A stretch of 64,000 nucleotides of DNA, from positions 480,001-544,000 of the forward strand of contig JASGJN010000013.1 of assembly GCA_049840735.1 (NCBI GenBank). Reading direction: 5' to 3'. The stretch comes from Anaeromyxobacter sp. Lineage in GTDB: Bacteria; Myxococcota; Myxococcia; Myxococcales; Anaeromyxobacteraceae. Numbering within the stretch: position 1 is the stretch's first letter; each line of letters starts with the position of its first letter. The position numbers and the translations under genes were made by a program. Below the pieces are notes generated by a model, which was not told the origin of the DNA, searched no databases, and saw only the letters and a program-made list of their open reading frames with translations. This document shows positions 33,544 to 44,900 of the stretch, piece by piece.

Positions 33544-34560
33544 GTGGAGTCGTCGCTCGACAGCGCGCGTGGACCGACCCCGGCGGCGGGGCCGCTGGCC
33601 GACGCCCAGGGGCGGCTCATCAGCTACCTGCGCGTCTCGCTCACCGATCGCTGCAACTTCCGCTGCACCTACTGCGATCCGTCGGAGACCGAGCCGGAGG
33701 GCGGGCTGCTCTCCCGCGGCGAGCTGGCCCGCCTGTTCCGCGTCTTCGCGCGCCTGGGCGTGCGCCGGGTCCGACTCACCGGCGGCGAGCCCACGCTGCG
33801 GCGCGACCTGGTGGAGATCGTGGCCGACGCGGCCGCCACGCCCGGCGTCGAGGAGGTCGCGCTCACCACCAACGGCCACCGCCTGGAGGCGCTGGCGGCG
33901 CCGCTGCGCGAGGCCGGGCTGGGCGCGCTCAACGTCTCGCTCGACACGCTGCAGCCGGACCGGCTGCTGGGCGTGTCCGGCCGCGGCGCGCGGCTGGAGC
34001 GGATCCTGGCGGGCATCGAGGCCTGCGCCGGCCGCTTCCGCTCGCTCAAGCTCAACACGGTGGTGATGCGCGGCGTCAACGAGGACGAGCTCCCGGCGCT
34101 GGTCCGCTGGGCCTGGGACCGTGGCGCGCTGCCGCGCTTCATCGAGCAGATGCCGTTCGGCGGCGGCGCGCCGGTGCCGCTGACGGAGGTGCGCGCGCGG
34201 CTCACGACGGACGGGCTCGCCCTGACGCCAGACGCGTGGCGCGGCTGGGGGCCGGCGCAGCACTGGCACGCGCGCGACCGCGACGGGCGCGAGGGGCGCA
34301 TCGGGCTCATCGGCGCCATGACCGAGAACTTCTGCGAGGCCTGCAACCGCGCGCGGATCACCGCGGACGGCGGCTTCCAGGCCTGCCTGGGCGGCGAGGA
34401 CCGGGCCGACCTGCGGGCGCTGCTGCGCGGCGGCGGCGAGGACGGTGCGCTGGAGCGCGCGGTGCGCGGCGCGCTGGCGCGCAAGGCGCCACGACACCAC
34501 ATGGACGAGGCTGCGTCCGGGCTGGTACTCCTCGCCCCGATGCGCGGGATCGGCGGGTAG
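33544..34560 (+). CDS. moaA: GTP 3',8-cyclase
   Basis: YLRVSLTDRCNFRCTYC, RLTGGEP, FCEACNRARIT..ACL, C-terminal GIGG. Confidence 0.93.
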   Translation: MESSLDSARGPTPAAGPLADAQGRLISYLRVSLTDRCNFRCTYCDPSETEPEGGLLSRGELARLFRVFARLGVRRVRLTGGEPTLRRDLVEIVADAAATPGVEEVALTTNGHRLEALAAPLREAGLGALNVSLDTLQPDRLLGVSGRGARLERILAGIEACAGRFRSLKLNTVVMRGVNEDELPALVRWAWDRGALPRFIEQMPFGGGAPVPLTEVRARLTTDGLALTPDAWRGWGPAQHWHARDRDGREGRIGLIGAMTENFCEACNRARITADGGFQACLGGEDRADLRALLRGGGEDGALERAVRGALARKAPRHHMDEAASGLVLLAPMRGIGG

Positions 34561-34652
34561 CCGTCCGCCCGTCCCAGCCCCGCGCCCGGGCGCGAAGCCC
34601 GCAGGCCGCGGCGGAGGCTGGGCGGGGCGCGCAGCCCCAGGAGCCCTGTCGC

Positions 34653-36008
34653 GTGACTCGCCTGTCGTCGAACCGCTGGATCGTGGCCGCCGCCGGCACC
34701 CTCGGCATGGCCGTGCTGGGCACCGTCTACTCCTGGAGCCTCTTCACCCAGCCGCTCATCGCCGCCTTCGGCTGGTCCAGCGCCACGGCCACCTGGGCCT
34801 TCTCGCTGGCCATCTTCTCGCTGGGCGTGGGGGCCACGCTGGGCGGGCGCTGGCAGGACCGGGTCGGCCCGCGGCCGGTGGCCGTCACCGGCTTCGCGCT
34901 CTGGGCGCTCGGCAACGTGCTGGCCGGGCTGGGCACGGCGCGGCTGGGCGCGCCCTGGCTGTACGCCACGTACGGCGTGATGGGCGGGCTGGGGCTGGGG
35001 CTGGGCTACGTCACGCCGGTCTCGGCGGTGACCAAGTGGTTCCCGGACCGGCGCGGCCTGGGCAGCGGGCTGGTGGTGATGGGGTTCGGCCTGGGCGCGT
35101 TCGGCTACAGCACCTTCCTCAAGAGCTGGCCCGCCTTCGCGGCCGTGTCGCACCAGGCGGTCGAGGTGGTGGCGGCGCGCGCGCACCTGGCCCCCGGGCA
35201 GCCGGCGCCGGCGCTGCCGCCGGAGGCGGTGGCGCTGCTCATGTCCATCTTCCTCTGGTCCGGCGCGGTCTACGCGGTGGTGGGCATCGCCTGCGCGCTG
35301 CTGGTGCGCAACCCGCCACCCCAGGCCTCCGCCCCGGCCGCCGCCGCGGGCGCCGCGCCGGCCAGCGCGCTGGATCTCCCGCCCTCGCAGGCGCTGCGCA
35401 CCGGCCGCTTCTGGGCGCTGTGGGGCATGCTCTTCCTGGACGTCACCGCCGGCATCCTCTTCATCTCCTCGGCCGTGCCCATCATGCGCGAGCTGACCGG
35501 CGCGGCGCCGGCCGCGGCGGTGGCGGTCTACGGCGTGCTGGCGCTGTTCAACGGCCTGGGGCGGCTGGTGTGGGGGGCCCTCTCGGATCGGCTGGGGCGC
35601 AACCTGGCCTACGTGCTGATCTTCGGCTCGCAGGCGCTGATCTTCGCGGCCGTGGGCGGCGTGCACACGCTGGGCTGGGTGGGCGTGCTCTTCGCGGTGG
35701 TGCTGCTGGGCTACGGCGGCGGCTTCGGCGTCATGCCGTCCTTCGTGGCCGACCACTTCGGCACCCGCTCGCTGGGCGTCAACTACGGCTGGGTCCTGAC
35801 GGCCTGGGGCGTGGGCGGCGTGGTGGGGCCCATCTTCGCCGCCACCGTGAAGGACGCGACCGGCTCCTATGCCGGCGCGCTCCCGGTCATCGCGGTGATG
35901 CTGGCCGCGGCGGTGCTGCTGCCGGTGCTGACGCGCGCGCCGGGCGCGGGGCCGGACCAGCGCTGGGCCCACCTGCGGCCGCCGGCGCGGCGGGCGAAGG
36001 CCGGCTGA
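34653..36008 (+). CDS. OFA-family (oxalate/formate antiporter-like) MFS transporter
   Basis: GTVYSWSLF, QDRVGPR, KWFPDRRGLGSG, FNGLGR..WGALSDRLGR, NYGWV. Confidence 0.9.
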   Translation: MTRLSSNRWIVAAAGTLGMAVLGTVYSWSLFTQPLIAAFGWSSATATWAFSLAIFSLGVGATLGGRWQDRVGPRPVAVTGFALWALGNVLAGLGTARLGAPWLYATYGVMGGLGLGLGYVTPVSAVTKWFPDRRGLGSGLVVMGFGLGAFGYSTFLKSWPAFAAVSHQAVEVVAARAHLAPGQPAPALPPEAVALLMSIFLWSGAVYAVVGIACALLVRNPPPQASAPAAAAGAAPASALDLPPSQALRTGRFWALWGMLFLDVTAGILFISSAVPIMRELTGAAPAAAVAVYGVLALFNGLGRLVWGALSDRLGRNLAYVLIFGSQALIFAAVGGVHTLGWVGVLFAVVLLGYGGGFGVMPSFVADHFGTRSLGVNYGWVLTAWGVGGVVGPIFAATVKDATGSYAGALPVIAVMLAAAVLLPVLTRAPGAGPDQRWAHLRPPARRAKAG

Positions 36009-36031
36009 GACCGGCGGAGCGGGCCGGCCTC

Positions 36032-36688
36032 CTACGGCTGAGGCGCGTCCAGCGGGACCGGCGCCGCCTTCGGGGCCACCACCGGGTCCCCGAAGCGCAC
36101 CCAGATCTCGGCCGCGTCGCGCAGCAGGTCGAGCCGCTCCACCCGCACCTCCTCGACCTGCATGCCAGTGCGGGCCGCGAGGTCGGCGTGCAGCTCCGGC
36201 TCGCGTCCCGGCGCCAGCAGCGCGATCTGGTCGTAGAGCACCGGCCGGCTGCCGCCGCGGTTGGAGAGGGGCATCACCTCGAACAGCCAGGCGACGCCCA
36301 CGATCGCCAGGTCGGCCAGGACCGACTCGGCCAGGCTGGTCTTCTTGTTGATGCCGACCGCGTTCAGGATGGCCATGCCGATGGCCAGGAACAGGTAGGT
36401 CAGGTCGCGCGTGCTCACCGGCTCGGTCCGGTAGCGCAGGATCCCGAACACGGCGAAGAGGCCGAGCGCGAACCCCAGCTCGATCTCCACCTTCCGCAGC
36501 ATGAAGCAGAAGAGGAAGGTCACGAGGTTGATGGTGACGAAGGTGAAGACGTGGTCGCGGTTGCGGTGGCGGCGGTGGTAGACGCCCACCAGCAGCGCCA
36601 CGAACGCCAGGTCCGCGGCCAGGCGGACCGCCAGCCGGAGGAAGTCGCCCTCGTCGAAGAGCTGATCGACGCCGAAGAGCTTCAGCAT
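36032..36688 (-). CDS. DUF4956-like membrane protein
   Basis: LGFALGLFAVFGILRYRTEP, DLTYLF; adjacent to a VTC-domain gene. Confidence 0.8.
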   Translation of the reverse strand: MLKLFGVDQLFDEGDFLRLAVRLAADLAFVALLVGVYHRRHRNRDHVFTFVTINLVTFLFCFMLRKVEIELGFALGLFAVFGILRYRTEPVSTRDLTYLFLAIGMAILNAVGINKKTSLAESVLADLAIVGVAWLFEVMPLSNRGGSRPVLYDQIALLAPGREPELHADLAARTGMQVEEVRVERLDLLRDAAEIWVRFGDPVVAPKAAPVPLDAPQP

Positions 36689-37497
36689 GTCTGGAACCTC
36701 GCGAGCCGGTGGAGGGTGGGGAGGAAGCGGTTGCGGCGCTGGCTCGAGAGCAGCGCCATGGCCACCGCGTACTTGCTGACCGAGAGCCGCTGGGCGGCGG
36801 CCGCGCGCAGCGCGCGGACGGCCGGGCTGGCGTGGTCGAGCCGGGACTGCTTCACCTCGACGACGGCCAGGCCGGCCAGGGCGGCCGTGGCGGTCCCCAG
36901 CGCCAGCCGGAGGTCGAGGTCGACGGTGATCCGCTCGTCGGTGGCGAGGCCGACCAGGGTGATGCGGCGGAAGGTGGTGCGGGCCTGGGGCGCGAGGTCG
37001 CCGGACCACCCCGCCCGCTCGAGCGCCCAGGAGGCCTCCGCCGCGGCGAGCTGGTCCTCGCCGAACGGGTGCGGGTGGCGCACCTTGTCGGTGAGGGCGC
37101 GGTGCTGCTTGCGCTTCACCTCCAGGAAGCTCACCCGGCGATCCGGGTAATGGCGGATCCGGATCTTGGCCCGGGGCAGGCGCCCGCGCAGGTGCCCGAG
37201 GTAGCCCGGGAGCCCCGGGGCATCCAGGTAGAGCGTGTCGTAGGTGGCGACGCGGGCTTCGCCCGCCTCCAGCACGCCGTAGGCCTCGCCCAGGCGCGCC
37301 AGCAGCGGGATCAGCGCGGCCGCCCGCATGGCGAACTTGGTGTCTACCCGGCGGAGCAGGGCCCGGCGGGCGAGCAGCTCCGGCGGCACCGCCCGGTGAC
37401 CGGCCAGGGCCGCGGCCACCGGGTCGACCGCGGGTGCCGGCGCGGGCGCCAGGGGCGGCGCGGCGCGGGCCAGCGCGCTGGCGACGGCGGCGGTCAC
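36682..37497 (-). CDS. VTC/polyphosphate polymerase (CYTH-like) domain protein
   Basis: RRVDTKF, TLYLD, KIRIRHY, FLEVKRK, ERITVD, VVEVK, SKY. Confidence 0.85.
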   Translation of the reverse strand: MTAAVASALARAAPPLAPAPAPAVDPVAAALAGHRAVPPELLARRALLRRVDTKFAMRAAALIPLLARLGEAYGVLEAGEARVATYDTLYLDAPGLPGYLGHLRGRLPRAKIRIRHYPDRRVSFLEVKRKQHRALTDKVRHPHPFGEDQLAAAEASWALERAGWSGDLAPQARTTFRRITLVGLATDERITVDLDLRLALGTATAALAGLAVVEVKQSRLDHASPAVRALRAAAAQRLSVSKYAVAMALLSSQRRNRFLPTLHRLARFQTC

Positions 37498-38174
37498 GGG
37501 TCGAAGCCGTAGGAGAAGGAGAGGATGTTGGCGTCCTCGCCGTCGCCGGTCAGGTCGTGCTCGCGCAGGACCTCGATCAGGAAGGAGTGGCCCTTGCGCT
37601 CCCACCCCACCCCGCCGCCGGCGCGCCACTTCTCCGGGCCGGCATCGGCGGCGTCCTGCGTGGCGTACTGCTCGAACAGCTCGGCCGAGCCCTGCACCGA
37701 GAAGCCACTGGGGAGCCCGTAGTCGGCCACCAGCTTCTGGCGGAAGACGTGCTCGCGGGTCAGCTGCCGGTCCTCCTTCTCCGGCCAGCCCCAGGACTCG
37801 ACCAGCCGCAGCCGCAGTTTGAGCTTGAGGTCCCCCAGCTTGGCCCGGCCGGTGGCGTCGCCGAACAGCTCGTTCCACTCGTCGACGTACTCGCCGCGCT
37901 TGTTGTCCTTGTAGCGGAGCGCCAGCCGGTAGCCGCCCTTGAAGGAGATCCAGCGGGCCGCGCGCCAGTCCAGGTAGAGGCTGGGGCGCACCAGCCCCAC
38001 GCGGCTGGCGTCGTCCACCAGGCGGACCTCGCCGGCGGCGCCGAGCCGGAGCCCGTCGGTGAGCTCCAGCGAGCCGCCCACCTCGCCCCAGACCTGGCCG
38101 TCGGTGGCGCGGGCGGCGCGGGGGGCCGCCAGGGCCAGCGCGGTGAGGAGGAGGACCGCGGTCGGGCTACGCAT
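37494..38174 (-). CDS. DUF2490-like outer membrane beta-barrel protein
   Basis: Signal peptide, alternating beta strands, C-terminal LSFSYGF. Confidence 0.65.
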   Translation of the reverse strand: MRSPTAVLLLTALALAAPRAARATDGQVWGEVGGSLELTDGLRLGAAGEVRLVDDASRVGLVRPSLYLDWRAARWISFKGGYRLALRYKDNKRGEYVDEWNELFGDATGRAKLGDLKLKLRLRLVESWGWPEKEDRQLTREHVFRQKLVADYGLPSGFSVQGSAELFEQYATQDAADAGPEKWRAGGGVGWERKGHSFLIEVLREHDLTGDGEDANILSFSYGFDP

Positions 38175-38269
38175 GGGGTGGGGCTCCGGGGTGCGTTCCA
38201 GCAGGACGGACGAGCCTGCTGCATGGGTGTGACGAGCCTGGCACGGCGCGGGTTCCCGGGCCCGGCGCG

Positions 38270-38297
38270 CCGTCATGAACCGTCATGAACCGTCACG
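38270..38297. promoter_or_regulatory. Tandem direct repeat CCGTCATGAA x2 plus CCGTCAC (OmpR/PhoB-type site candidate)
   Basis: 10-nt period repeat about 95 nt upstream of the beta-barrel/VTC operon. Confidence 0.45.
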
Positions 38298-38360
38298 GTC
38301 CGGCGCGCCCGGCGGCGGGAGCGCCGGCCGCAGGATTCTCGCAGACGCGCGCCCCCGCGG

Positions 38361-39284
38361 CTACCGGGCGGCGGCGGCCTGGCGCCGGGAGCCCTCGCGC
38401 AGCACGCGCTGGATCTCCGGCAGCGCGGCGCGGGCGGCGGCCACCCCGGCGGCGATGGCCTCGTCCTTCCGGTCGAAGTCGATCATGCCCACCTTGCCCA
38501 CCTCCGGCGTGATGAGCACGTCCGAGGTCTGGCGCGCCTGCTCCACCTCGCCGTGGACGCGGATGTTGACCGCGCGCATGATCACCTCGACGAAGTTGTC
38601 CGGCGGCCGCAGCGGCTCCACCGCGGACAGGTCCACGGCGATGATCACATCCGCCCCCATGTCGCGGGCCACCTTCACCGGCAGGTTGAGCGTCACCCCG
38701 CCGTCCACCAGCAGGCGGCCGTCCCAGGTGACCGGCTCGAACACGCCCGGGATGGCGCAGGAGGCCCGCACCGCGCGGGCCACGTCCCCCTCGCGCAGCA
38801 CCACGGTCTCGCCGGTGTCGAGGTCGGTGGCCACCGCCGCGTAGGGGACGCGCAGCTGCTCGATGCGCGCCTCCGGCAGGTGCTGGCGCACGAACTTCTC
38901 CAGCCGCCGGCCGGTGGCCAGCCCGGTGCCGAAGAGCGCCGGCGAGAGGCCGAAGTCGAAGAAGTCCGACCGCTCCAGCGTGCGGGCGGTCCGCTCCAGC
39001 TCGACGCTGTTGGTGTCGGTGGCGTAGAGCGCGCCCACCAGGCTGCCGACGCTGGTGCCCACCACCAGCTCCACCGGCACGCCGGCGTCTTCCAGGACGC
39101 GGATCACGCCCACGTGCGCGAACCCCCGCGCGCCGCCGCCGCCAAGCACCAGCGCCACGCGGGGCGGCTGGTCGTCCGCGGGGGCGTGCGGGATGGCCGG
39201 GAGCGGCGCCGGTGCCGCGGTGCGGCAGGAGGCCAGGGCCAGGGCGAGCAGCGGAGCGATCGAGTGGGGCCCGAGGCGGGTCAT
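38361..39284 (-). CDS. Patatin-like phospholipase, probable lipoprotein
   Basis: Lipobox LASC, GGGGARG, GTSVG, DGG. Confidence 0.92.
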   Translation of the reverse strand: MTRLGPHSIAPLLALALASCRTAAPAPLPAIPHAPADDQPPRVALVLGGGGARGFAHVGVIRVLEDAGVPVELVVGTSVGSLVGALYATDTNSVELERTARTLERSDFFDFGLSPALFGTGLATGRRLEKFVRQHLPEARIEQLRVPYAAVATDLDTGETVVLREGDVARAVRASCAIPGVFEPVTWDGRLLVDGGVTLNLPVKVARDMGADVIIAVDLSAVEPLRPPDNFVEVIMRAVNIRVHGEVEQARQTSDVLITPEVGKVGMIDFDRKDEAIAAGVAAARAALPEIQRVLREGSRRQAAAAR

Positions 39285-39640
39285 GGGGACCAGAAAGGTA
39301 AATGAGCCGCTTGGATTCGTGAACTGGAACCGCCTGGCGGCCGCGGGCGGGGGCCCCAGCGAAGCTGGGGGAGGGGCGCAGCCCCTCGGCGGCGGATAGC
39401 GCGCAAGGCCGAAGGCCGCAGCGCGCTCGGCTCCGCCGTAGCAGGGGTGGGGCCCCGACGGCTCCGCCGGCGGGGCGGGGGCGCAGCCCCCGGTGTCATG
39501 GTTAGCGCAACCATGCCGCAGGTGCTGCCACCAGGGGCGATCATCGCTCCCGGGGGGCCCTGCACCCCTGCCACACGCGACCTCGCGCCGCGGGTGGAGA
39601 CGGTTGGCTCCACTGTCAGATTTGGTAGGCTTCACGCCCC

Positions 39641-40282
39641 GTGGATCCTTACCTTCGCCCCACTGACGTCATCGACTGGGAGCACCCCGTCGTCCGCGCC
39701 CTGGGCAACGAGCTCTCGGCCAGCGCCACCCCCCGCGCCGACGGCGCGCGCGCGGAGCAGGTCCGCCGCCTGTTCGAGTGGGTCCGCCATCGCGTGACCC
39801 ACACCATGGATTTGGGCGGCGGCGGGCCGGTGACCTGCAGCGCCTCCGAGGTCGCCACCCGGCGCACCTCCATCTGCTTCGGCAAGAGCCACCTGCTGGT
39901 GGCGCTGCTGCGGGCCTCCGGCCTGCGGGCGGGCTTCTGCTACCAGCGGCTCACCGAGAACGACCGCTTCTTCCTGCATGGCCTCACGGCGGTGCAGCTG
40001 CCCGGGCTGGGCTGGTACCGGCTCGATCCCCGCGGAGGCTTCCGCGGCACCGGCGCGCGGTTCAGCCCTCCGAACGAGCGGCTGGTCTACACGCCCACCT
40101 CGCCCGGCGAGTGGGACTCGCGCGAGGTGCTGGCGGATCCGCTGCCGGAGGTGGTCGAGGCGCTGCGCGCGGCCCCCTCGCTGCAGCACCTGGCCCAGGC
40201 CCTGCCCGACCGCGTGGAGCCGCCCCGCGGCCTGGCCCGCGCCATCCCGCGGCCGGAGCGGCGGCGGGTGGAGAACCTGTAG
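39641..40282 (+). CDS. Transglutaminase-like protein
   Basis: IDWEHP, ICFGKSHLL (Cys), LHGL (His), WYRLDPRG (Asp). Confidence 0.88.
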   Translation: MDPYLRPTDVIDWEHPVVRALGNELSASATPRADGARAEQVRRLFEWVRHRVTHTMDLGGGGPVTCSASEVATRRTSICFGKSHLLVALLRASGLRAGFCYQRLTENDRFFLHGLTAVQLPGLGWYRLDPRGGFRGTGARFSPPNERLVYTPTSPGEWDSREVLADPLPEVVEALRAAPSLQHLAQALPDRVEPPRGLARAIPRPERRRVENL

Positions 40283-40301
40283 GCCCGCCGTCCGGCCGTC
40301 T

Positions 40302-40474
40302 CCCTGTCCTTCGACTTCGCGCCCGCCCTGCGGGCGCTACGCTCAGGACGAACGGGGGTTCGCTGACCTCCGCAGCCCCTCCCTGAAGCGCCCGCGCCCC
40401 GCCCCCGGCTGACCGGGTGGCGGGGCGCGCTGCTGTCGTGCCGCCGGGCTGAGCGCGGCCGTCGAAGGACAGGG
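40302..40474. repeat. Inverted pair of REP-like elements between convergent genes
   Basis: CCCTGTCCTTCGAC at 40302-40315 and its reverse complement GTCGAAGGACAGGG at 40461-40474. Confidence 0.65.
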
Positions 40475-40487
40475 CCCAGCTGCGGCG

Positions 40488-41975
40488 CTACGGAGGCAGC
40501 ACCGTCTCGCCGTGCGAGAGGTAGCGGTCCACCTGCTGCGCCGCCTGCCGCCCCTCGCGGATGGCCCAGACCACCAGCGACTGGCCGCGGGCCATGTCGC
40601 CCGCGGCGAAGACGCCGGGGACGCTGGTCATCTTGTTGCCGTCGGTCCAGACGTTGCCGCGATCGTCGAGCTTCACGCCCAGCTGCTCGAGCATGGGCTT
40701 CTCCGGCCCGGTGAAGCCCAGCGCCAGCAGCACCAGATCGGCCGGGATGACCTTCTCGGTCCCCGGGACCTCGCGCGGCCCGAAGCGGCCGTCCGGCCCC
40801 TTGGCCCACTCCACCTGGACCAGGTGCAGCTCCTTCACGCGGCCGTCCGGCCCGCCCACGAACTTCTTGGTGAGCACCTGGAAGGTGCGCGGGTCCTGGC
40901 CCCAGAGCGCCTTGGCCTCCTCCTGGCCGTAGTCGACCTTGAGGACCTTGGGCCACTGCGGCCACGGGTTGTCCGCGGCGCGCTGGTCCGGCGGGCGCGG
41001 CATGATCTCGAGCTGGATCACGCCCTTGGCGCCGTGGCGGATCGAGGTGCCCACGCAGTCGGTGCCGGTGTCGCCGCCGCCGATCACCACCACGTGCTTG
41101 CCCTTGGCCGAGATGTACTTGCCGTCGGCGTGGTCGGAGTCGAGCAGCGACTTGGTGTTCGCGTGCAGGAACTCCATGGCCAGGTGGATGCCCTGGAGGT
41201 TGCGCCCCTCCACCGGCAGGTCGCGCGCCTGGGTGGCGCCGCCCGCCAGGACCACGGCGTCGTAGTCCTTGAGCAGCCGGCCGGCCGGGACGTGCTTGCC
41301 GACCTCGGTCTCGGTGACGAAGCGCACGCCCTCGTCGGCGATGAGCTGCACCCGCCGCTCGACCACCTTCTTGTCGAGCTTCATGTTCGGGATGCCGTAC
41401 ATCAGCAGCCCGCCCACGCGGTCGGAGCGCTCGAAGACCGTGACGGTGTGGCCCGCCTTGTTGAGCTGCTGGGCCGCGGCCAGGCCGGCCGGGCCGGAGC
41501 CCACCACCGCCACGCGCTTGCCGGTGCGGGCCGGCGGCGTCTGCGGCTTGATCCAGCCCTGCGCCCAGGCGCGGTCGGCGATCTCGTTCTCGATCAGCTT
41601 GATGGTGACCGGCGGATCGTTGATGCCGACCGTGCAGCTCCCCTCGCAGGGCGCCGGGCAGACGCGCCCGGTGAACTCGGGGAAGTTGTTGGTCTTGGCG
41701 AGGCGGATGTACGCCTCCTGCCACTGGCCCCGGTAGACGAGGTCGTTCCACTCCGGGATCAGGTTGTTGACCGGGCAGCCGCTGGCCATGCCGGCGATGA
41801 TCTTGCCCGTGTGGCAGAAGGGGATCCCGCAGTCCATGCAGCGGGCGCCCTGCTGGCGCAGCGAGGCCTCGTCGTAGGGAGGGTGGTCCTCCTTCCAGTC
41901 CTTGATGCGCTCGAGGGGCGGCCGGTCGTGCTTCGGCTCGCGCTGGAACTCCATGAATCCGGTCGGCTTGCCCAT
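40488..41975 (-). CDS. gltD: Glutamate synthase small subunit
   Basis: [53 protein letters not shown]. Confidence 0.97.
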   Translation of the reverse strand: MGKPTGFMEFQREPKHDRPPLERIKDWKEDHPPYDEASLRQQGARCMDCGIPFCHTGKIIAGMASGCPVNNLIPEWNDLVYRGQWQEAYIRLAKTNNFPEFTGRVCPAPCEGSCTVGINDPPVTIKLIENEIADRAWAQGWIKPQTPPARTGKRVAVVGSGPAGLAAAQQLNKAGHTVTVFERSDRVGGLLMYGIPNMKLDKKVVERRVQLIADEGVRFVTETEVGKHVPAGRLLKDYDAVVLAGGATQARDLPVEGRNLQGIHLAMEFLHANTKSLLDSDHADGKYISAKGKHVVVIGGGDTGTDCVGTSIRHGAKGVIQLEIMPRPPDQRAADNPWPQWPKVLKVDYGQEEAKALWGQDPRTFQVLTKKFVGGPDGRVKELHLVQVEWAKGPDGRFGPREVPGTEKVIPADLVLLALGFTGPEKPMLEQLGVKLDDRGNVWTDGNKMTSVPGVFAAGDMARGQSLVVWAIREGRQAAQQVDRYLSHGETVLPP

Positions 41976-41978
41976 GTC

Positions 41979-44900
41979 CTAGTTCCCACCCACCCGCGCC
42001 ATGTCGCGTGTGTTCTCCTCGAATGCCGCCAGCTCCGCCTGCTCCTGGGTCATGCCCTTGTCGCGCATCCGGGCCTGCGCCTCGAGCACGCGGCGGTAGT
42101 CGTTCGGCATCACCCGCACCAGCCGCGGGACGACGCTGGTCCACTGGTCCAGGAGCCTGCGCGCGTGCTGGCTCTCGGTCAGCGCCGCGTGCTTCTCGAT
42201 CAGCGCCCGGACCGCGGCCGCCTCCGCCGGATCCTCGATCCGCGAGAGGCTGACCATCTCCTTGTTGCAGTGGCCGGCGAACTTGCCGTCGCCGTCGAGC
42301 ACGTAGGCCACGCCGCCCGACATGCCGGCGGCGAAGTTGCGGCCGGTCGGCCCCAGCACCACCACGCGGCCGCCGGTCATGTACTCGCAGCCGTGGTCGC
42401 CCACGCCCTCCACCACGGCCTGGACGCCGGAGTTGCGGACGGCGAACCGCTCGCCGGCGACGCCGCGGATGAAGGCCTCACCGGAGGTGGCGCCGTAGAA
42501 CGCCACGTTGCCGATGATGATGTTCTCCTCCGGGACGAAGGTGGCCTCGCGCGGCGGCAGCACCACCAGCCGGCCGCCCGAGAGCCCCTTGCCCACGTAG
42601 TCGTTGGCGTCGCCCTCGAGCACCAGCGTCATGCCCTTGGGGATGAAGGCGCCGAACGACTGGCCGGCCGAGCCCTTGAAGTGGAAGCGGATGGTGTCGT
42701 CCGGCAGGCCGGCGGCGCCGTGCTTCCGCGTGACCTCGGAGCCCACCTGCGTGCCCACCACGCGGTGGATGTTGCGGATGGGCAGCGTGGCCCGGACCTG
42801 CTTGCCCTCCTCGATGGCCGGCCGCGCCAGGTCCAGCAGCGTGGTGGCGTCGAGCGAGCGATCCAGCCCGTGGTCCTGCGGGATCTGGCAGGTGCGGCCG
42901 TAGTGGCGCGGCACCGTGGGCTTGAAGAGGATGCGGCTGAAGTCGAGGTTGCGCGCCTTCCAGTGATCCACGGCGCGGCGCATCTCGATCCGCTCGGAGC
43001 GGCCGACCATCTCGTCGATGGAGCGGAAGCCCAGGGCGGCCATGTACTCGCGGACCTCCTGCGCGATGAAGCGCATGAAGTTGACCACGTGGGCCGGGTC
43101 GCCGGTGAAGCGGGCGCGGAGCTTCGGGTCCTGCGTGGCCACGCCCACCGGGCAGGTGTTGAGGTGGCAGGCCCGCATCATGATGCAGCCCAGCACCACC
43201 AGCGGCGCGGTGGCGAAGCCGAACTCCTCGGCGCCGAGCAGCGCGCCGACGATCACGTCGCGGCCGGTCTTCAGCTGGCCGTCCACCTCCACCACGATGC
43301 GCGAGCGCAGGTCGTTCATGACCAGCACCTGGTGCGTCTCGGCCAGGCCGAGCTCCCAGGGGATGCCCGCGTGCTTGATGGAGGTGAGCGGCGAGGCGCC
43401 GGTGCCGCCGTCGTGGCCGGAGATCAGCACCACGTCGGCGTGCGCCTTGGCGACGCCGGCGGCGATGGTGCCGACGCCGACCTCGGCCACCAGCTTCACC
43501 GAGACCCGCGCCTTGCTGTTGGCGTTCTTCAGGTCGTGGATGAGCTGCGCCAGGTCCTCGATGGAGTAGATGTCGTGGTGCGGAGGCGGCGAGATGAGCC
43601 CCACGCCCGGCGTGGAGTGCCGGGTCTTGGCGATCCAGGGGTAGACCTTGGAGCCGGGCAGCTGCCCGCCTTCGCCGGGCTTGGCGCCCTGGGCCATCTT
43701 GATCTGCAGCTCGCGGGCGTTGACCAGGTAGTTGCTGGTCACGCCGAAGCGGCCGGAGGCGACCTGCTTGATGGCGGAGTTCTTGGAGTCGCCGTTCGGC
43801 TCCTTGACGTAGCGCGCCGGGTCCTCGCCGCCCTCGCCGGTGTTGGACTTGCCGCCCACCCGGTTCATGGCGACGGCCAGGGCCTCGTGCGCCTCCTTGG
43901 AGATGGAGCCGTAGCTCATGGCGCCGGTCTTGAAGCGGCGCATGATCGACTCGACCGGCTCGACCTCGTCGATGGGCACCGGGTGCGCGTTGGGCACCAG
44001 GTCCATCAGGCCGCGGAGCGTGTTGAGGTTCCGCGCCTGGTTGTCCACCAGGGCCGTGTACTCCTTGAACAGCTTGTAGTCCCCGGAGCGGCAGGCGTAC
44101 TGCAGCTTGTGGATGGTCTCGGGGTTGAAGAGGTGGTGCTCGCCGCCGGCGCGGTACTTGTACTGGCCGCCCGCGGGGAGGCTGGTGTGGAAGATGGGCC
44201 GCTCGGGCGGGTAGCCGCGCTCGTTGCGGAGGCGGGCCTCCCTGGCGATCACGTCGATGCCAACGCCGCCGACGCGGGTGGCGGTCCAGGTGAAGTACTC
44301 GTCGATGAAGTCCTGGTTCAGGCCGATGGCCTCGAACACCTGGGCGCCGTGGTAGCTCTGGATCGTGCTAATCCCCATCTTGGAGATCACCTTCACGATG
44401 CCCTTGCTGACGGCCTTCACGAACTTCTTCTCGGCCGCCTCGGCCGGGCCGGGGATGAGCCCCAGGTTCACCTGATCGTGGATGGTCTCGAACGTCAGGT
44501 AGGGGTTGATGGCCGAGGCGCCGAAGCCGACCAGCAGCGCGAAGTGGTGGACCTCGCGCGGCTCACCCGACTCGAGCACCAGGCCGATGCGGGTGCGGGT
44601 GCCCTCGCGGATCAGGTGGTGGTGGACGGCCGCCACCGCCAGCAGCGAGGGGATGGGGGCGTCGCCCGCGTCGTGGCCGCGGTCGGAGAGGACGATGATG
44701 TTGGTCCCCTCGGCGATGCACTCCGAGGCCTTCCAGCGCAGGTCCTCCAGCGCGCGCCGGAGGCCGGCGCCGCCGTCGGCGGCCCTGAAGAGGATGGGCA
44801 GCGTGACCGCCTTGAGCCCCTTGGACGCGGCGCCGCCGTCCAGACCGCGGATCTTCTCCAGCTCCTCGTTGCGGAGGACCGGCGTGGGCAGGGCCAGCTG

